Numbered from the stretch's first letter, positions 26,031 through 39,557 are shown. The stretch is DNA of 64,000 nucleotides from Octopus vulgaris (GCA_951406725.2 OX597820.1:74710001-74774000); one strand, 5' to 3'. The notes: a model not told the origin generated them from the sequence alone. A program made the numbers and translations.

Positions 26031-26948
26031 TTTTCATTCTAAAAATATGAAATAAAAATTATAAGGGCTAGCTGACACATAATGGTTATATGAAGCTTTC
26101 TTCTGCATTTGGTATGTAGTAAACTCAACGTAAGACTTGTACAGTGGAAAATAAAACGAGCGTGTAAAAATATCTGAAGTGATACACGACGCGAGTAAAA
26201 TATAGGTAGACAGACAGACACGCGGAAAGCAAAGGAGACAAAGCAAGGGAGAATGACGGTGGGGATTGTTATAATAACATTAAAACAAACATAGGAAGTG
26301 TTTTGTTTAATGGAATCTAAGAAGTGAGGATTAACGATGTATGTGAGTTTACTAATCAAGTAGATATAATTTTATTTTTGTAGGCGCTGTCAAGAATATT
26401 GGTCAGTGAGGTGAGTATAACAGAGTTTTGGAAATAAAGGATTCTTTAAATATTCCGAAATATTTAGAGATGAGAAGCGAAATTCTCTCAAGGGATATTT
26501 TGTTGTTTTAGCATTTCTTGAGTATATAATATTATCTGTGAATGGTAATTAGAGTTATTTGTAAGGCTCCATAAGCTGAGCATTGTTTATATATGACAGA
26601 GGAAACAAGCAAAACCGTTTTCTTCTTTTTGGGGGTCCTATCACGTTTCTGCTTTATAATCCAATGAAACTTATTAAAGTTCCTATTGAATGTTTGGACC
26701 CAAGCCGAATAGGAAGTGCAAATAAGCACCAGATGGATTCTTAGTTAATAAACCAATAATATGACCAATAAGATTGAGAAGATTGTGGGAGGTCTTCGTG
26801 TCAGAAGATCCGACCAAATTCCTGCTGGTCTTTAAAATTAATAGGGCAAGCAGGGATAAAAACAACGCCAATAAAATGATGAGATAGAAGCGAAAATAGT
26901 AAGGGGCTGTATTAGATATAAGAGGTCTTTACGTCAAACATATAAAAA

Positions 26949-27305
26949 TGGCACAGGAGTGGCTGTGTGGTAAGAAGCTTACTTCATAACCACATAGTGA
27001 TGGGTTCAGTCCCACAGTGTGGCACCTTGAGCAAATGTCTTCTTCTGTAGCCTTGGACCGACCAAAGTCTTTGGATTTGAAACTGAAAGAAGCCCGTCGT
27101 AAATGTGTGTGTATGTGTTTTCCCCCCACCATCGCTTTACAACCGATGTTGCTGTGTTTACGACCCGTAACCTAGCGGTTCGGCAAAAGCAACCGATAGA
27201 ATTACAAAAGAATAAGCTTATAAAAAATACGTTCTGTCGTCGATTTGTTACACTAAAGGAGGTGCTCCAGCATGACCGCAGTCAAATGACTGAAACAAGT
27301 AAAAG
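26949..27305 (+). mobile_element. S1 SINE
   Basis: GGAGTGGCTGTGTGGTAAGAAGCTT head; GACTGAAACAAGTAAAAG end. Confidence 0.9.
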
Positions 27306-27536
27306 AAAATTTAAGAATATACAAAATTGTCGAATTTAAAGATTTCCAGAGCAAGAGTATAACGCTAATATACAGAATAATGAGTATCTGCGCTGGATAT
27401 GATTTGAATACTGACTGAACCAAGAAGCTGTGACGAAATAATTTTCATTATATCCTGTTTTCTGCCAATGCATCGTGCTTTTCTAAATGCACACAGTCAA
27501 AACGTAAGAATGATGCATGCCCTATGTATATACGTA

Positions 27537-27626
<90 letters not shown>

Positions 27627-27691
27627 TGTATGTATATATGTATATATATATGTATATGTATTATTTTAAGCAGCAGAAAATTCAACAAAAT

Positions 27692-27729
27692 CTGTTACTC
27701 TGAGTTTCTCGTTGCCGTTCATCAGACAG
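27692..27729 (-). ncRNA. minimal type I hammerhead ribozyme in PLE 3' region
   Basis: CUGU-CUGAUGA-A-CG-GCAA-CG-A-GAAAC-UCAGA-GUA-ACAG; intact core, helix I CUGU/ACAG. Confidence 0.8.
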
Positions 27730-28750
27730 TTTTTGCTAGAATGGAACTTATATATTAATTCAATCTATACTCTTACAAACGCTACACCTTTAAAAAGAAA
27801 TGGACTTATTTGATTGGCCCTTTAGAAAAAAACGGTCAATCTTCGAGCGATAAACAAAAAGGTCAAAAATATATGTATATATATATAAAAAAACTTATAA
27901 AAATTATAAAAATTATAAAATCCGAGGAAAAAACCGAGGAAAAAAACCTATTGCCGTTAATGAAGACAGTACAAATTAATGCATAGAAATTAAACCTGTT
28001 ATAAATACTGCAATACATATTTATATTAAAATCCACATATATATATCAACATACACAAAAGGATGCGCGTAAACGCCATACATACATATACATACGTATG
28101 AATATGAATCTAAATTATACACATAAAAGCATGTGTACATATATTCACGCAAACCGTCTCGCACGCAAGCTAAAATTCATCTATGTAGCAATTCTCATAT
28201 ACTGAGCAAGGAGGGGGAACGAAAGAAAGGGAAAGAGAGAAAAAGGAACGAAGGAGGGGTGGGGAAAAAACTTGTAGCGATGTTATTGGCATCTATAGAG
28301 GCCAGTATACATACACAAGTTTGAATTGATACATATACATACCGTCGTGTGTATGCGTGCTTAAGCACAAGCATACTTTCACTTACACATACACAGATAC
28401 GCATGCTTACAAATACATATGCTTTGCTATACACATACTTATATAAACATTCTAATTTTGACAACATTGCTTTTTTTTAAAAAAAACATTGCTTTTAAAA
28501 AATGGGTGCATTAATAAAAATATATACGAAAGACATATAAAATGAAATATAACATCCTATTTTGGGTCATTTATAAATAATCAAGGTAATATAAATAATC
28601 AAGGTAATCCTATGCAATACAATAACATGAAAACAAAGTTTGTAGGTTTTTCCTAATATATATGTAGAAACAATAAGACTTTGCTATAGATCCGTCGTAG
28701 CGCTCAAGAGTCAAAATCAAAATCAAAAATCAAAATACAAAATATATACT

Positions 28751-30065
28751 CTATCCATATGGTATATTTATATTCGACATTTTAAATTTAGCCGCGTGCC
28801 TACATAAGTTCATTAACTCACTTCTTTGATTCAAAGAATTATTGTCTTTGAATAAGATGTGCATTTTCTCTAATAAGCAAAGCCTGCACTTGAAATTATA
28901 TTTGTAAGCTCCATGCCTGTATGGTGCCGCCCTGTCTAGAATGCTCCATGTCACGTTGAAAGGTGGGGCTTCCTTTTCTTTTAGTTCCCAGACATATTTT
29001 GCTAGGCTGGTTTTCTTCCTATTCTCTGGGTATTTAAAAGAATTCTTATGAGAATAAAATCTTGTTTTAAATGAATTTTCTGAAGCCCCTGTGTATGTCT
29101 TGTATTCCGATGAGCCTTCCACTTGCACCTTGGCTCTATAAACTACTCCTTTCACTAGACATTTCCCTTCTAACGGACAGGAGCTTTCGTTTTGAAATTA
29201 CATTTCTTAATGGGCTCGGCACCATGTCTAATCTCAATTAGCTTCCTATTATGTCGGCTAATGTAAGAGGCGAAATTTCTGCAACAAGAATAGCTAACCT
29301 TCAGGGTTCTTCTATTAAATATTCTGTAGAATTTATGACCCTGCTTAAAATGCTTAGAGACTAATCTCAAAAATTCCTTACCTATATTAGTCTTTACGGC
29401 CAAATTGAAAGCCGGGTTGAACCACAAAACTTTCCTGGTCCTAGTTCTTCGTGCAGCATTACTATTAGCATTAAGCTGGTTGAACTGGATCTTCTCCGAG
29501 AATCCACTATTCTTTAATGCGCTATCGTAATAAGGTGCAGCATTATGGAATGCTGCCTCGTCCGAAGAAATTGAAGATATTCTTCTACCTACATTGCTGA
29601 CTAAGTTGCAAAGGATAACTGGTGGATGGTTCGAATCTTTGCTAATATACGATAGCTTTTCATTGGGCTTACGGAAAGGTTTAAATCTATCCGATCTTAC
29701 ATTAAAATTTACGTCTAAAAAATCTACACTATTCAGGTTAGTATCTATCGTAATCCGTAAGCCCATCCTTTGAAAGAAAGCTATAAGGTCCTTCCTAAGT
29801 CTATCTGATTCATGGCCGTTTAGATTATGCGTGGCTATAAGGCCGTCATCCCTATATAGACCTGCATCTATAAATGGGAATTCTATTTTTAGATTATGGA
29901 GAATAAAGGCTCCTATGAGCATACATAATTCAGCCCCGTCGTATGCCCCCATCGGTACATCGAAAAGAGAATCCTCAGTCTTCTTAATTCAGGTGGAATC
30001 CTCGAAAAACAGAAGCGATTTCCTCGCATGCATAATAATTTCAATTTCCGAGCTATCGATGTTGA

Positions 30066-30070
<5 letters not shown>
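28751..30070 (-). pseudogene. PLE RT + GIY-YIG endonuclease ORF remnant
   Basis: ORFs 29170-29952 (RT) and 28751-29155 (GVVY..YTG..FKTRFYSH..CRLCLLEK..LNQRSEL..CRH) join by one frameshift near 29185; in-frame TGA at 29989-29991. Confidence 0.9.
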
Positions 30071-30610
<540 letters not shown>

Positions 30611-30611
30611 G

Positions 30612-30831
30612 TGTGGAGGCGCAATGGCGTTGTGTTTCTTGAGCGAAAACACCTAAAACTCCACGAGGCTCCGGCAGGGGGTGGTGGCGATCCCTGCTGT
30701 ACTCTTTCGCCACAACTTTCTCTCACTATTTCTTCTTAGCCAGCGTGGTGGCGTCATTTGAAGGCTAAAACAATACGAAGCGCATTGTGACCAGCGATGT
30801 GTAGCAACATCTGATAGCCCGGTCGGTCACG

Positions 30832-30836
<5 letters not shown>
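30612..30836 (+). mobile_element. SINE with S4 core and a distinct tail (head deleted internally)
   Basis: GAGCGAAAACACCTAA..CTCCACGAGGCTCCGGCAG..CTCTTTCGCCACAA matches the reverse complement of 1655-1745. Confidence 0.75.
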
Positions 30837-30885
<49 letters not shown>

Positions 30886-31190
30886 GTTATATACTTTCAA
30901 GACGACATAGAGTAGTAACGTGTATTAAGCAGTAGAGCGAATTGCTGCATCAAAGTGACAGGGGAATGTTACTACTAGTTTAACCCTAGGCAGATTCTCC
31001 ACCAGCTGGTTTTCAATGCAACGTTCTGTGTCTTTTATATACAATACATCGCTATCAGGAGGAGCGTACTCCTACTAACAGTACATTAGCTAACAGGAAC
31101 ATGGGTCTAGCCCAGATTCGAGTCTTCGTCAGTCACGCGCACCTGGGCAATGGAGTGATAGCCGAGATCCGCTTCTGCCCGCAATATATT

Positions 31191-31900
31191 CTTTTCTATT
31201 CTAGGCACAAGGACAGAAATTTTGGGGAAGGAAACCAGTCGATTAGATCGACCCCATTACTCAACTGGTACTAAATTTATTAACCCCGAAAGGATGAAAG
31301 GCAAAGTCGACCTGGGCGGAATTTGAGCTCAGAACATAAAGCCAGACGAAATATCTATTTATTTACTACCCACAGGGGGCTAAACAGAGGACAAACAAGG
31401 ACAGACAAACGGATTAAATCGATTATATCGACCCCAATGCGTAACTGGTACTTAATTTATTGACCCCGAAAGGATTAAAGGCAAAGTCGACCTCGGTGGA
31501 ATTTGAACTCAGAACGTAGAGGCAGACGAAATATGGCTACGCATTTCACCCGGCGTGCCTACGTTTCTTATTTCTTTACTGTCCACAAGGGGTTACACAC
31601 AGAGGGGACAAACAAGGACAAACGGATGAAGTCGATTACATCGACTCCAGTGTGTAACTGGTACTTATTTAAGCGACCCCGAAAGGATGAAAGGCAAAGT
31701 CGACCTTGGCGGAATTTGAGCTCAGAACGTAAACCCAGACGAAATACCTATTTCTTTACTACCCACAAGGGGGTAAACACAGAGGGGGACAAACAAGGAC
31801 AGACACACAGATTAAGCCGATTACGTCGACACCAGTGTGTAACTGGTACTTATTTAATCGAAATTTTGGAGGAGGGGGCCGGTCAATTAGATCGACCCCA
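31191..31900 (-). mobile_element. tandem multimer of S2 SINE units
   Basis: CCCCGAAAGGAT(G/T)AAAGGCAAAGTCGACC occurs three times, plus two further tail pieces; flanked by GCAATAT(AT)CTTTT-like direct repeats (31181, 31901). Confidence 0.9.
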
Positions 31901-32275
31901 GCAATATCTTTTAAATGAAGTGACCATAGATCACTGATTTGCAACAAGTCAACTGGGCCAGTTCCATGTTCCTGTTAGCTGATGGAGTTTTTGTAGGGAT
32001 TCGTTCCCCCTGCTAGCGAGGTATTGTATACAAAGGATGCATAACGTTGCATCGAAAACCAGCTGGCGAAGAATCTGCCTAGGGTTAAACTAGCAGTAAC
32101 ATTCACCTGCGACTTTGATGTGGCAACTCATTTTACGGTTTCGTACACGTTACTAGTCTTGAGATTTCATAAGTAGCTACTTTGCTTGTTGCAAATCAGC
32201 GACCGATGGTCACTTTGTTAAGAACATGTTGCTGGCAGAGGCGGATCTTAGCTATCATTCCATAGCGCAGGTGCG

Positions 32276-32322
32276 CGTGGCTGACGAAGAACCAATTAGC
32301 TCGAAACTGGGACCGTCCCACG
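32276..32322 (+). ncRNA. type I hammerhead ribozyme motif
   Basis: CGUGG-CUGACGA-A-GAAC-CAAUUA-GCUC-GAAAC-UGGGACC-GUC-CCACG; intact core, 5-bp helix I, GUC triplet; one mismatch in helix II. Confidence 0.8.
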
Positions 32323-32482
32323 TTCCTGTTAGCTGATGCAGTGTTAGTAAGAGTACGCTCCCCCCTGATAGCGATGTATCGATTGTATCGTGGGTTAAAC
32401 CTAGCTATTCCTGTATCTCAATTTCGCACATCCAAGCACAATCAATTGAATAGCTTTTCTACCATGCGTTCCAAGTCTACAA

Positions 32483-32709
32483 CTCTTTTACTCTTTTAGT
32501 TGTTTCAGTCATGTGACAGTGGCCATGCTGGAGCACCGCTTTTAGTCGAGCAAATCGAACCCAGGACTTATACTTTGTAATCCCAGTACTTATTCTATAG
32601 GTCTCTTTTGCCGAACCGCTAAGTTACGGGAACGTAAACACACCACCATCGGTTGTCAAGCGATGTTAGGTGGTGGGACAAACACAGACACATAAACATA
32701 TATACACAC

Positions 32710-32740
<31 letters not shown>

Positions 32741-32915
32741 CAAATATACGACGGGCTTCTTTCAGTTTCCGTCTACCAAATCCTCTTACAAGGCTTTGGT
32801 CGGCCCCGGGGCTATAGTAGAAGACACTTGTCCAAGGTGCCACGCAGTGGTACTGAACCCGAAACCATGTAGTTGGTAAGCAAGCTACTTACTACACAGC
32901 CACTCCTACGCCTAT
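32483..32915 (-). mobile_element. S1 SINE, full length
   Basis: Complete head to tail. Confidence 0.92.
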
Positions 32916-33676
32916 GTTTAACTACGGCACACATCTTGATGTTTATACCAACTTTGTCACATACTTATATAGTCAGATGATGTCTGGATGGTTTTAAATA
33001 AGCTTGAAGACTATGAACAGAAATGCCATGCACTAATTCTTCTCATATTCTATGATACGATTTAATACAGTCCTTCTAAAAATTCTCGACACTTCATAAA
33101 TTACGACAAAAGCTAAATGCCGCCGCAAATGATAAATCTTCAGCATTGAAAACATTTTTTTCTTGTTTCTGTTGCCAGTTCTACTGAGTTTTGCTACTGT
33201 CGTCGTTAATGTTGGTTTGTTGATAATGTTTTTTAGGCGGAGGGTGGGGAAAGAAAGCTCTTTTTTTTTTAAAGAATTTCTCCCTCGCTTTCTATTTTAT
33301 TTGTGATCTCAGGGAGACGCAGACTGACGGTGGAGGGTGTGAATTCTGTCACCAAATTCTCGCGGAACCATTTATCATTTCGCAATTCCCAGCTGTTGGT
33401 AAGGTGTTACAGAAAACATATTCTTGCATTGGGTAACGTTGTACAAAACTTAGTATATATAGGAAAAGAACGCGAAATTATATTTTTTACGCTGGAATTT
33501 CTTCTTTTCTTTTACAGAGGATAGGCCTGCAAAGATGGCCTTGTCACTAAAATTTTATGGGGAGAGATAAAAAAACAATTTCAAGATCGACTGACAAAAC
33601 GCAAAGAATTTATGAATAAATAAGAAAAACCAAAGAAGAGAAAATCAACTCGAGTGTGAGAGACGGAAAACGGCAT

Positions 33677-33677
33677 A

Positions 33678-33740
<63 letters not shown>

Positions 33741-33817
33741 ATGTATGTATGTATGTATGTTTGTATGTACAGAGAAAAAGTGAGAGATAGAGAGAGCGAC
33801 AGCGAGACGGGGGAGGA

Positions 33818-33848
<31 letters not shown>

Positions 33849-33866
33849 AAGAAGAAGAAGAAGAAG

Positions 33867-33897
<31 letters not shown>

Positions 33898-33910
33898 GGA
33901 GGAGGAGGAG
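33677..33910. repeat. (TGTC)n, (TATG)n and (GAA)n microsatellites
   Basis: Seen directly. Confidence 0.95.
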
Positions 33911-34279
33911 GAAAGTGTGGAAGACGAGCGAAAATATATTTTCTGTTTCAGATGATGCTATCAAATATGGGAAACAACTCGCAGATTAAGTTTCATCACC
34001 TTATCTAGAAATTTTGTGAAGGAAATGTCTTCCCTCTTCCCCTCCTCTTCTTCTTCGTCAGATTAGAAAATATATATATGCTCACACACACATTATATAT
34101 GCATACATACATATGCATATAGATATAGTTGTATCTCACTCACAGGATGTACGTAAGTGTGGTGTGTTTCTGTGTATATATCTATGCACACACTCACACA
34201 CACACGCACACTAGAACGCACACATATTCACATCGTTCCCATCGGCCATCATTTACGCATATATATATATATATATATA

Positions 34280-34417
34280 TACAGGGATTTGACAGACTAA
34301 TTGAAACACCTTAAAATTTCAAACAAATTTATTTTAATATAACATTGGAGCACCTTTGGCAGTAATTACAGCTTGAATTCTACGAGGAATGGACTCGTAC
34401 ACAGTTTGAATAGTTTG
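34280..34417 (-). mobile_element. Tc1 transposon 3' end
   Basis: Minus translation TIQTVYESIPRRIQAVITAKGAPMLY*; terminus TA-CAGGG...GAAACACC. Confidence 0.8.
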
Positions 34418-34439
34418 TAGGTAAGTATGTATGTATGCA

Positions 34440-34840
34440 TATCTCCTTGCCTTGGCTTCTCGCGGGGGAAGATGCCAATGCCTGGGGCAAGCTTGCTGAT
34501 TCTCAACGAGTCAGATTGGAGACAGACAGGCACGGTGGCAAAGGCTACATGGGGAGGCAAGCTGATGAGAGTTGGCCACTGTTCTTCCTCTTTCTCTTGT
34601 TTATAAGTATAGTTCTGCTGTATCCTCAAATGAAGATATTGCTCGGAGAACACTGAGACGCTTAGCTTCACGGATAGCGCAAATAACAGATCAATAGTGG
34701 TGATTAATGCAGCAGGTACCAATAGATTTCTTTAGAAAGTCTTTGTATCCCTTCTTTTTTGTTCTTCTATCACGGCGACCAGTGGATATCCCATTCACTG
34801 CGAATAGCGATTAGTAGTTAGGTAGGCTTGTTGAGAGGAT
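34440..34840 (-). mobile_element. RTE-clade LINE 3' fragment
   Basis: Broken translation STGRRDR..YKDFLK..RAISSFED..CSLCHRACLSPI*LV..C and end GCGAGAAGCCAAGGC; decayed sequence may extend to about 35350. Confidence 0.65.
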
Positions 34841-35679
34841 CATTTCTACCTCCCCCCTTTCACCGAATGAAGCAGGTCATCAATGTAAAGGATTTATTGG
34901 AAATGAGCTATATCCTTTCTAGCTTCCACGACCATCTCACCTTTTTCACCAACATGTTGGTTCACGGTTAACAGTTACCAGCAACATTTCCCTAGCTCCC
35001 GTCTGTTGCCTGCATCTCATTGGTGCACGTCATGGACGGTTGTTTGCTGTTTGGAGTAAACTCTCAGAAGAATGGATTAAAATGAGGGTACTTTGTCATG
35101 AACCATCTGCCATCATGCAATCTATGTCCCACATGTCACCTACATATGCACTATAATAAATACGTAAGAAGAGGCAAGCTTTGATACCAGATAGTAGTTG
35201 CGTTAACATAGATCAGCTGAGAAACTAATACATATAGATCAGTACTACTTGTCATACGTTCGAGAAATGGAAGACAAAGCCTTTCTGATTAAAATGAAGT
35301 GTCACAGGGTGGTTGACGTCCCTGAGCTCCAACGTCTATTTAAAACTTCAGTGGCCAACAACATTGGAGAAGATTCATGAGAAGACATCTCAGTCTTGAA
35401 TGGACAGTAGAGAACACAGTTATTGGTTGTATGGTATAGCAGATTGTATACTTTTGATCGTAAGTCTCGTTGATCAGGTTTAGCTTGGGACTAGAACAAT
35501 AATATCAAACAAAAAAAAAAAAAGAGAAGTAACAAGGGAAGAGAACATTAATAAAGCTAAAGGGGTTTCACTTTCAGATAATGAAATAAGCAAGTGTTTG
35601 AGCGCAAGTGTCGCCAGTTATGAATATATCTCATTCGGCTTTTGATCTACGTGTTTGTTAATATGACGTTTTATTAATG

Positions 35680-35694
35680 TGACATATATATATG

Positions 35695-35728
<34 letters not shown>

Positions 35729-35883
35729 CATATATATATATATACATATACATACATATATATACATATATATACATCTACATACATACATCTACATACA
35801 TATATATATATATATATACATACATATATATATACATACATATACATACATATATATATATATATATACATACATATGCATAC

Positions 35884-35956
<73 letters not shown>

Positions 35957-35998
35957 GATACACATGTACATACATATATATATACACATGTACATACG

Positions 35999-36032
<34 letters not shown>

Positions 36033-36201
36033 CATACATACATATATATATGTATACACATGTACATACATATATATACACATGTACATACGTATATATA
36101 TATACATGTATATATATATATAACCGTCACACAAATCTGCATATACATACACAGACTAACGCATACATATTCGGTATATAAAAAGCTATATATTTATGTA
36201 T

Positions 36202-36283
<82 letters not shown>

Positions 36284-36591
36284 GTGTGTTTGTATACATA
36301 TATGTATATATACTCATATATGCATGTTATATACATATAGATGTAGGTATGTACATATATGTATGCATATGTTTTATTTATTAAATTGATATATATATAT
36401 ATGTATACATTTATATATATATAATTATACACACACATATATACATATCTATATGTACACATATATATATAGACATATACTTATATATATATGTACGTAC
36501 ATATATACATATACATATATAGATATACATATATATAGGTATATATCTATGTACATGTAGATATATATACCTATTTATATATACCTATATA

Positions 36592-36639
<48 letters not shown>

Positions 36640-36650
36640 CATACACATGA
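35680..36650. repeat. (TA)n/(TACA)n/(TG)n microsatellite tract
   Basis: Seen directly. Confidence 0.95.
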
Positions 36651-37231
36651 TTCTCTGTCTGGCCTTCTATATGTATTGCGAGTGTATACCTTACAAATGC
36701 ATGCAATATATATTGCTCACCTCTACGAACACGCACGATTGTGTGCCTTGCTAGAAACATATATATAAAAAAATTCTGCGAGTTTTGCACACAATAAAAC
36801 TAACAGATGCCCCAATATGTTAAAAGCAATAAGCAAGGTTTTATTTTATATCCATTTCCCATCGAATTATTGATAATAAACTCTTATCTAAATGTTATTT
36901 GTGCTCCGTTGTAACTTTTCCCTTGTGATTTATTAAAAAAAAAACAAACGAAAAAGAATACGCTGATGATATTCACTAATGGGTGGAGATTGAAGAATGC
37001 AGTAATTACAGTGTATTTGGACATGAAATTGTATCGAATAAATATGAACAACAAACAATAGAAATGGAGTGAGAAAATGTAATTCAATCTGTTGTTACGA
37101 CGTTCCTTGATTTCTCTGAATATTTTCATGTTTTTCATTTTTCTGCTTTACGTTCTTTTCTCACTCGTATGTTTATGCAAGCATGTGAGTATGTAGGCGT
37201 ATTGTGTGTGTGTGTATATTTTTTTCTTTCT

Positions 37232-37705
37232 TCTTTTACTTGTTTCAGTCATTTGACTGCGGCCATGCTGGAGCAGCGCCTTTATTCTTTTATTCGTTTC
37301 ATTTTTTCTTTTGCTTGTTTCGGTTATTTGACTGCGACCATGCTGGAGCAGCGCCTTTAGTCGAACAAATCGACCCCAGGATTTATTCTTAGTAAGCCTA
37401 GTACTTATGCTATCGTTTTTTTTTTTGCAAGACCTCTAGGTTACAGGGATGTAAACACACCACCATCGGTTGTCAAGCGATGGTGGGAAACAAACTCAGA
37501 TACACAGACATACGCACGCATATATATATATATATATATAAATATATACGACTGGATTTCAGTTTCCGTCTACAAAATCCACTCAGAAGGCTTTGGTCGG
37601 CCCGAGGCAACGGTAGAAAACACTTGCCCAATATGCCACGCAATAGGACTGAACCTGGAACCATGTCGTTGGTAAGCAAGATACCTACCAAACAGCCACT
37701 CCTAT
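37232..37705 (-). mobile_element. S1 SINE with duplicated 3' terminus
   Basis: Terminal ~50 bp present twice (37234-37283, 37309-37359). Confidence 0.9.
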
Positions 37706-37833
37706 ATATATATTTATATTATATTTATAAGTGAACATTTTCAAGTGAAAAAATTTACAGATTTTTTCTCTTATGAGGTTTTTCGCTCTAACTACTTGAT
37801 AATTTCTTATTAAGATTTTATCCTATTTTTTTA

Positions 37834-37893
<60 letters not shown>

Positions 37894-37971
37894 ATGTATA
37901 TATATACATATATATATATCTGTTTGTTTTCTACAGCTGTCTCCGTCTTTTGTTTTTTTGTGAATTCTCCC

Positions 37972-38029
<58 letters not shown>

Positions 38030-38191
38030 TTATATGAAATATATGATTACTCGAAATGGTGAGTAGATAGACAGCCGACAATTGATGAAGGGTCGTTCTT
38101 TGTATTCTTTGATTTACTTACCCGTTTTCCCTTTTTCTCTCGTTATTTGCGTATTTAACTCATACACATATACATACATTTATATAAGAAA

Positions 38192-38439
38192 TGTAGCCTT
38201 TTTAAAGCCTAGCCAGTCTCATGGGCCCAGTTTCCCGGTTTTTATGGCGTATGTGTTCCCCAGCTGGACGGGACGCCAATCCATCGCAGTGTTACTCATT
38301 TTTGCCAGCTGAGTGGACTGGAGCAACGTGAAATGAAGTGATTTGCTCAAGAACACAACGCGTCGCCCGGTTCAGGAATCGAAACCACGATCTTACGATC
38401 ATGATGTTGACACCCTAACCACTAACCACTAAACCTCCC

Positions 38440-38440
<1 letters not shown>
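38192..38440 (-). mobile_element. SINE, same subfamily as 1145-1407
   Basis: High similarity throughout. Confidence 0.9.
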
Positions 38441-38491
<51 letters not shown>

Positions 38492-38494
38492 CAC

Positions 38495-38820
38495 GTGACT
38501 GCGTGATAAGACGTTTGCTGCCCATCCACATGGCTGCGGGTTCAGTCTTCGTGCTGACCAATGCCATTTGAATGAATTGGTGGATGGAAACTGAAATAAT
38601 CTCGTCATATATACTTATAAGCTTGTGGTAAGAAGCTTGCTTCCCACCCACATGGTTCGAGGTTCAGTCTCACTGCGTGGCACCTTAGGCAAGTACTTTT
38701 TACTCAAAAGGTCCCACGCCCTTTGAGTGGATTTGGTAGATGGAAACTGAAGACTCCTGAGGTTTATTTGTTCCACTAAAACCTTTGAAGACGGTGCTCC
38801 AGGATGGCCTCAGTCAAGTG
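38495..38820 (+). mobile_element. two degenerate S1 SINE pieces
   Basis: Two heads (GGTTCAGTC) and a partial tail. Confidence 0.7.
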
Positions 38821-38899
38821 TTTATAAAGAATGAATTTGGAGATTGGCTTATTGATGCTAAGCATTTCCCCCGGCGTGGTAACTATATATATATTCTGG

Positions 38900-39128
38900 A
38901 ACGATGTCTTCCTCTAAGGGTCTTTCTCAGGTTACGGAATGGCGAAAATTCACAGGGAACGATGGCTTCCTCTAAGGGTCTTTCTCAATTTGGAGGACGG
39001 CGAAAATTCCCAGGCAACGATGTCTTCCTCTAAAGGTCTTTCTCAGCATGGAGAACGGCGAAAATTCCCAGGCAACGATGTCTTCCTCTAAGGTTCTTTC
39101 TCAGCTTAGGGAATGAAGATAATTCACA
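38900..39128. repeat. ~57-bp tandem repeat x4
   Basis: AACGATGTCTTCCTCTAAGGGTCTTTCTCAG...GGCGAAAATTCCCAGGC units, followed by CCTATATAAAGG. Confidence 0.9.
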
Positions 39129-39369
39129 TCCCTATATAAAGGATAGTGATTCACCAACGTAAATATCTAGACTGTGGGGAGGACGAGGACAGCTTTGATG
39201 CACGTCTCTGTCAAATTGTTGGTTATCGGGATACTTGTCACCGAACCTCTTGAGAAGGAACTTAGCACAAATTTTGCGCATATTCAAATCTTCCTGAATA
39301 ATTGTTTATAGGTGTCACATCAACTCCAAACTGTCTCCTTATAAACTTTATGGACACACGTTTGCCCAG

Positions 39370-39408
39370 ATGTCCTGAGGAAGGTTTATAAGCCCGAAAT
39401 ATAGAAAT
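39370..39408 (+). ncRNA. minimal hammerhead-like motif
   Basis: AUGUC-CUGAGGA-A-GGUUU-AU-AAGCC-C-GAAAU-AUA-GAAAU; helix I needs one substitution (GAAAU to GACAU). Confidence 0.55.
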
Positions 39409-39557
39409 ACAAGGTGAAACAGTATCTTTAATTTGTTGTGTTTTGTTCTCCTTTTCTTTTTGTAGTTTACTCTCTCGCGTTGTTCCGGCCTTACACAAAG
39501 AAATCTCTTTAAAGTAATAACACATAGTGCTTACCCAAAACTACCCCGTATATATAC

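Larger units (their letters stand above)
30905..32405. mobile_element. retrozyme-like hammerhead element R2 (divergent inverted pair, partial tandem, interrupted by SINEs)
   Basis: 30905-31190 plus 31905-31950 is the reverse complement of sequence in 31950-32380; 354-bp period (GTTCCTGTTAGCTGATG at 31968 and 32322). Confidence 0.75.

Noticed and set aside
29989-29991. In-frame TGA as selenocysteine recoding in the PLE
   Set aside because: It falls where related RTs usually have Trp (WxKK before FDVxMG), not Cys, in a copy that also has a frameshift; a simple TGG-to-TGA mutation is more likely.
33940-34010. Splice-acceptor-like TTTCAG followed by a short frame
   Set aside because: Frames close quickly and there is no recognisable protein or partner exon.
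38075-38165. TTGATGAAGGG fragment resembling a PLE hammerhead 5' half
   Set aside because: No GAAA partner or helix II; too short.
38900-39128. Possible CRISPR array
   Set aside because: The whole unit repeats, there are no unique spacers or cas genes, and the context is eukaryotic.
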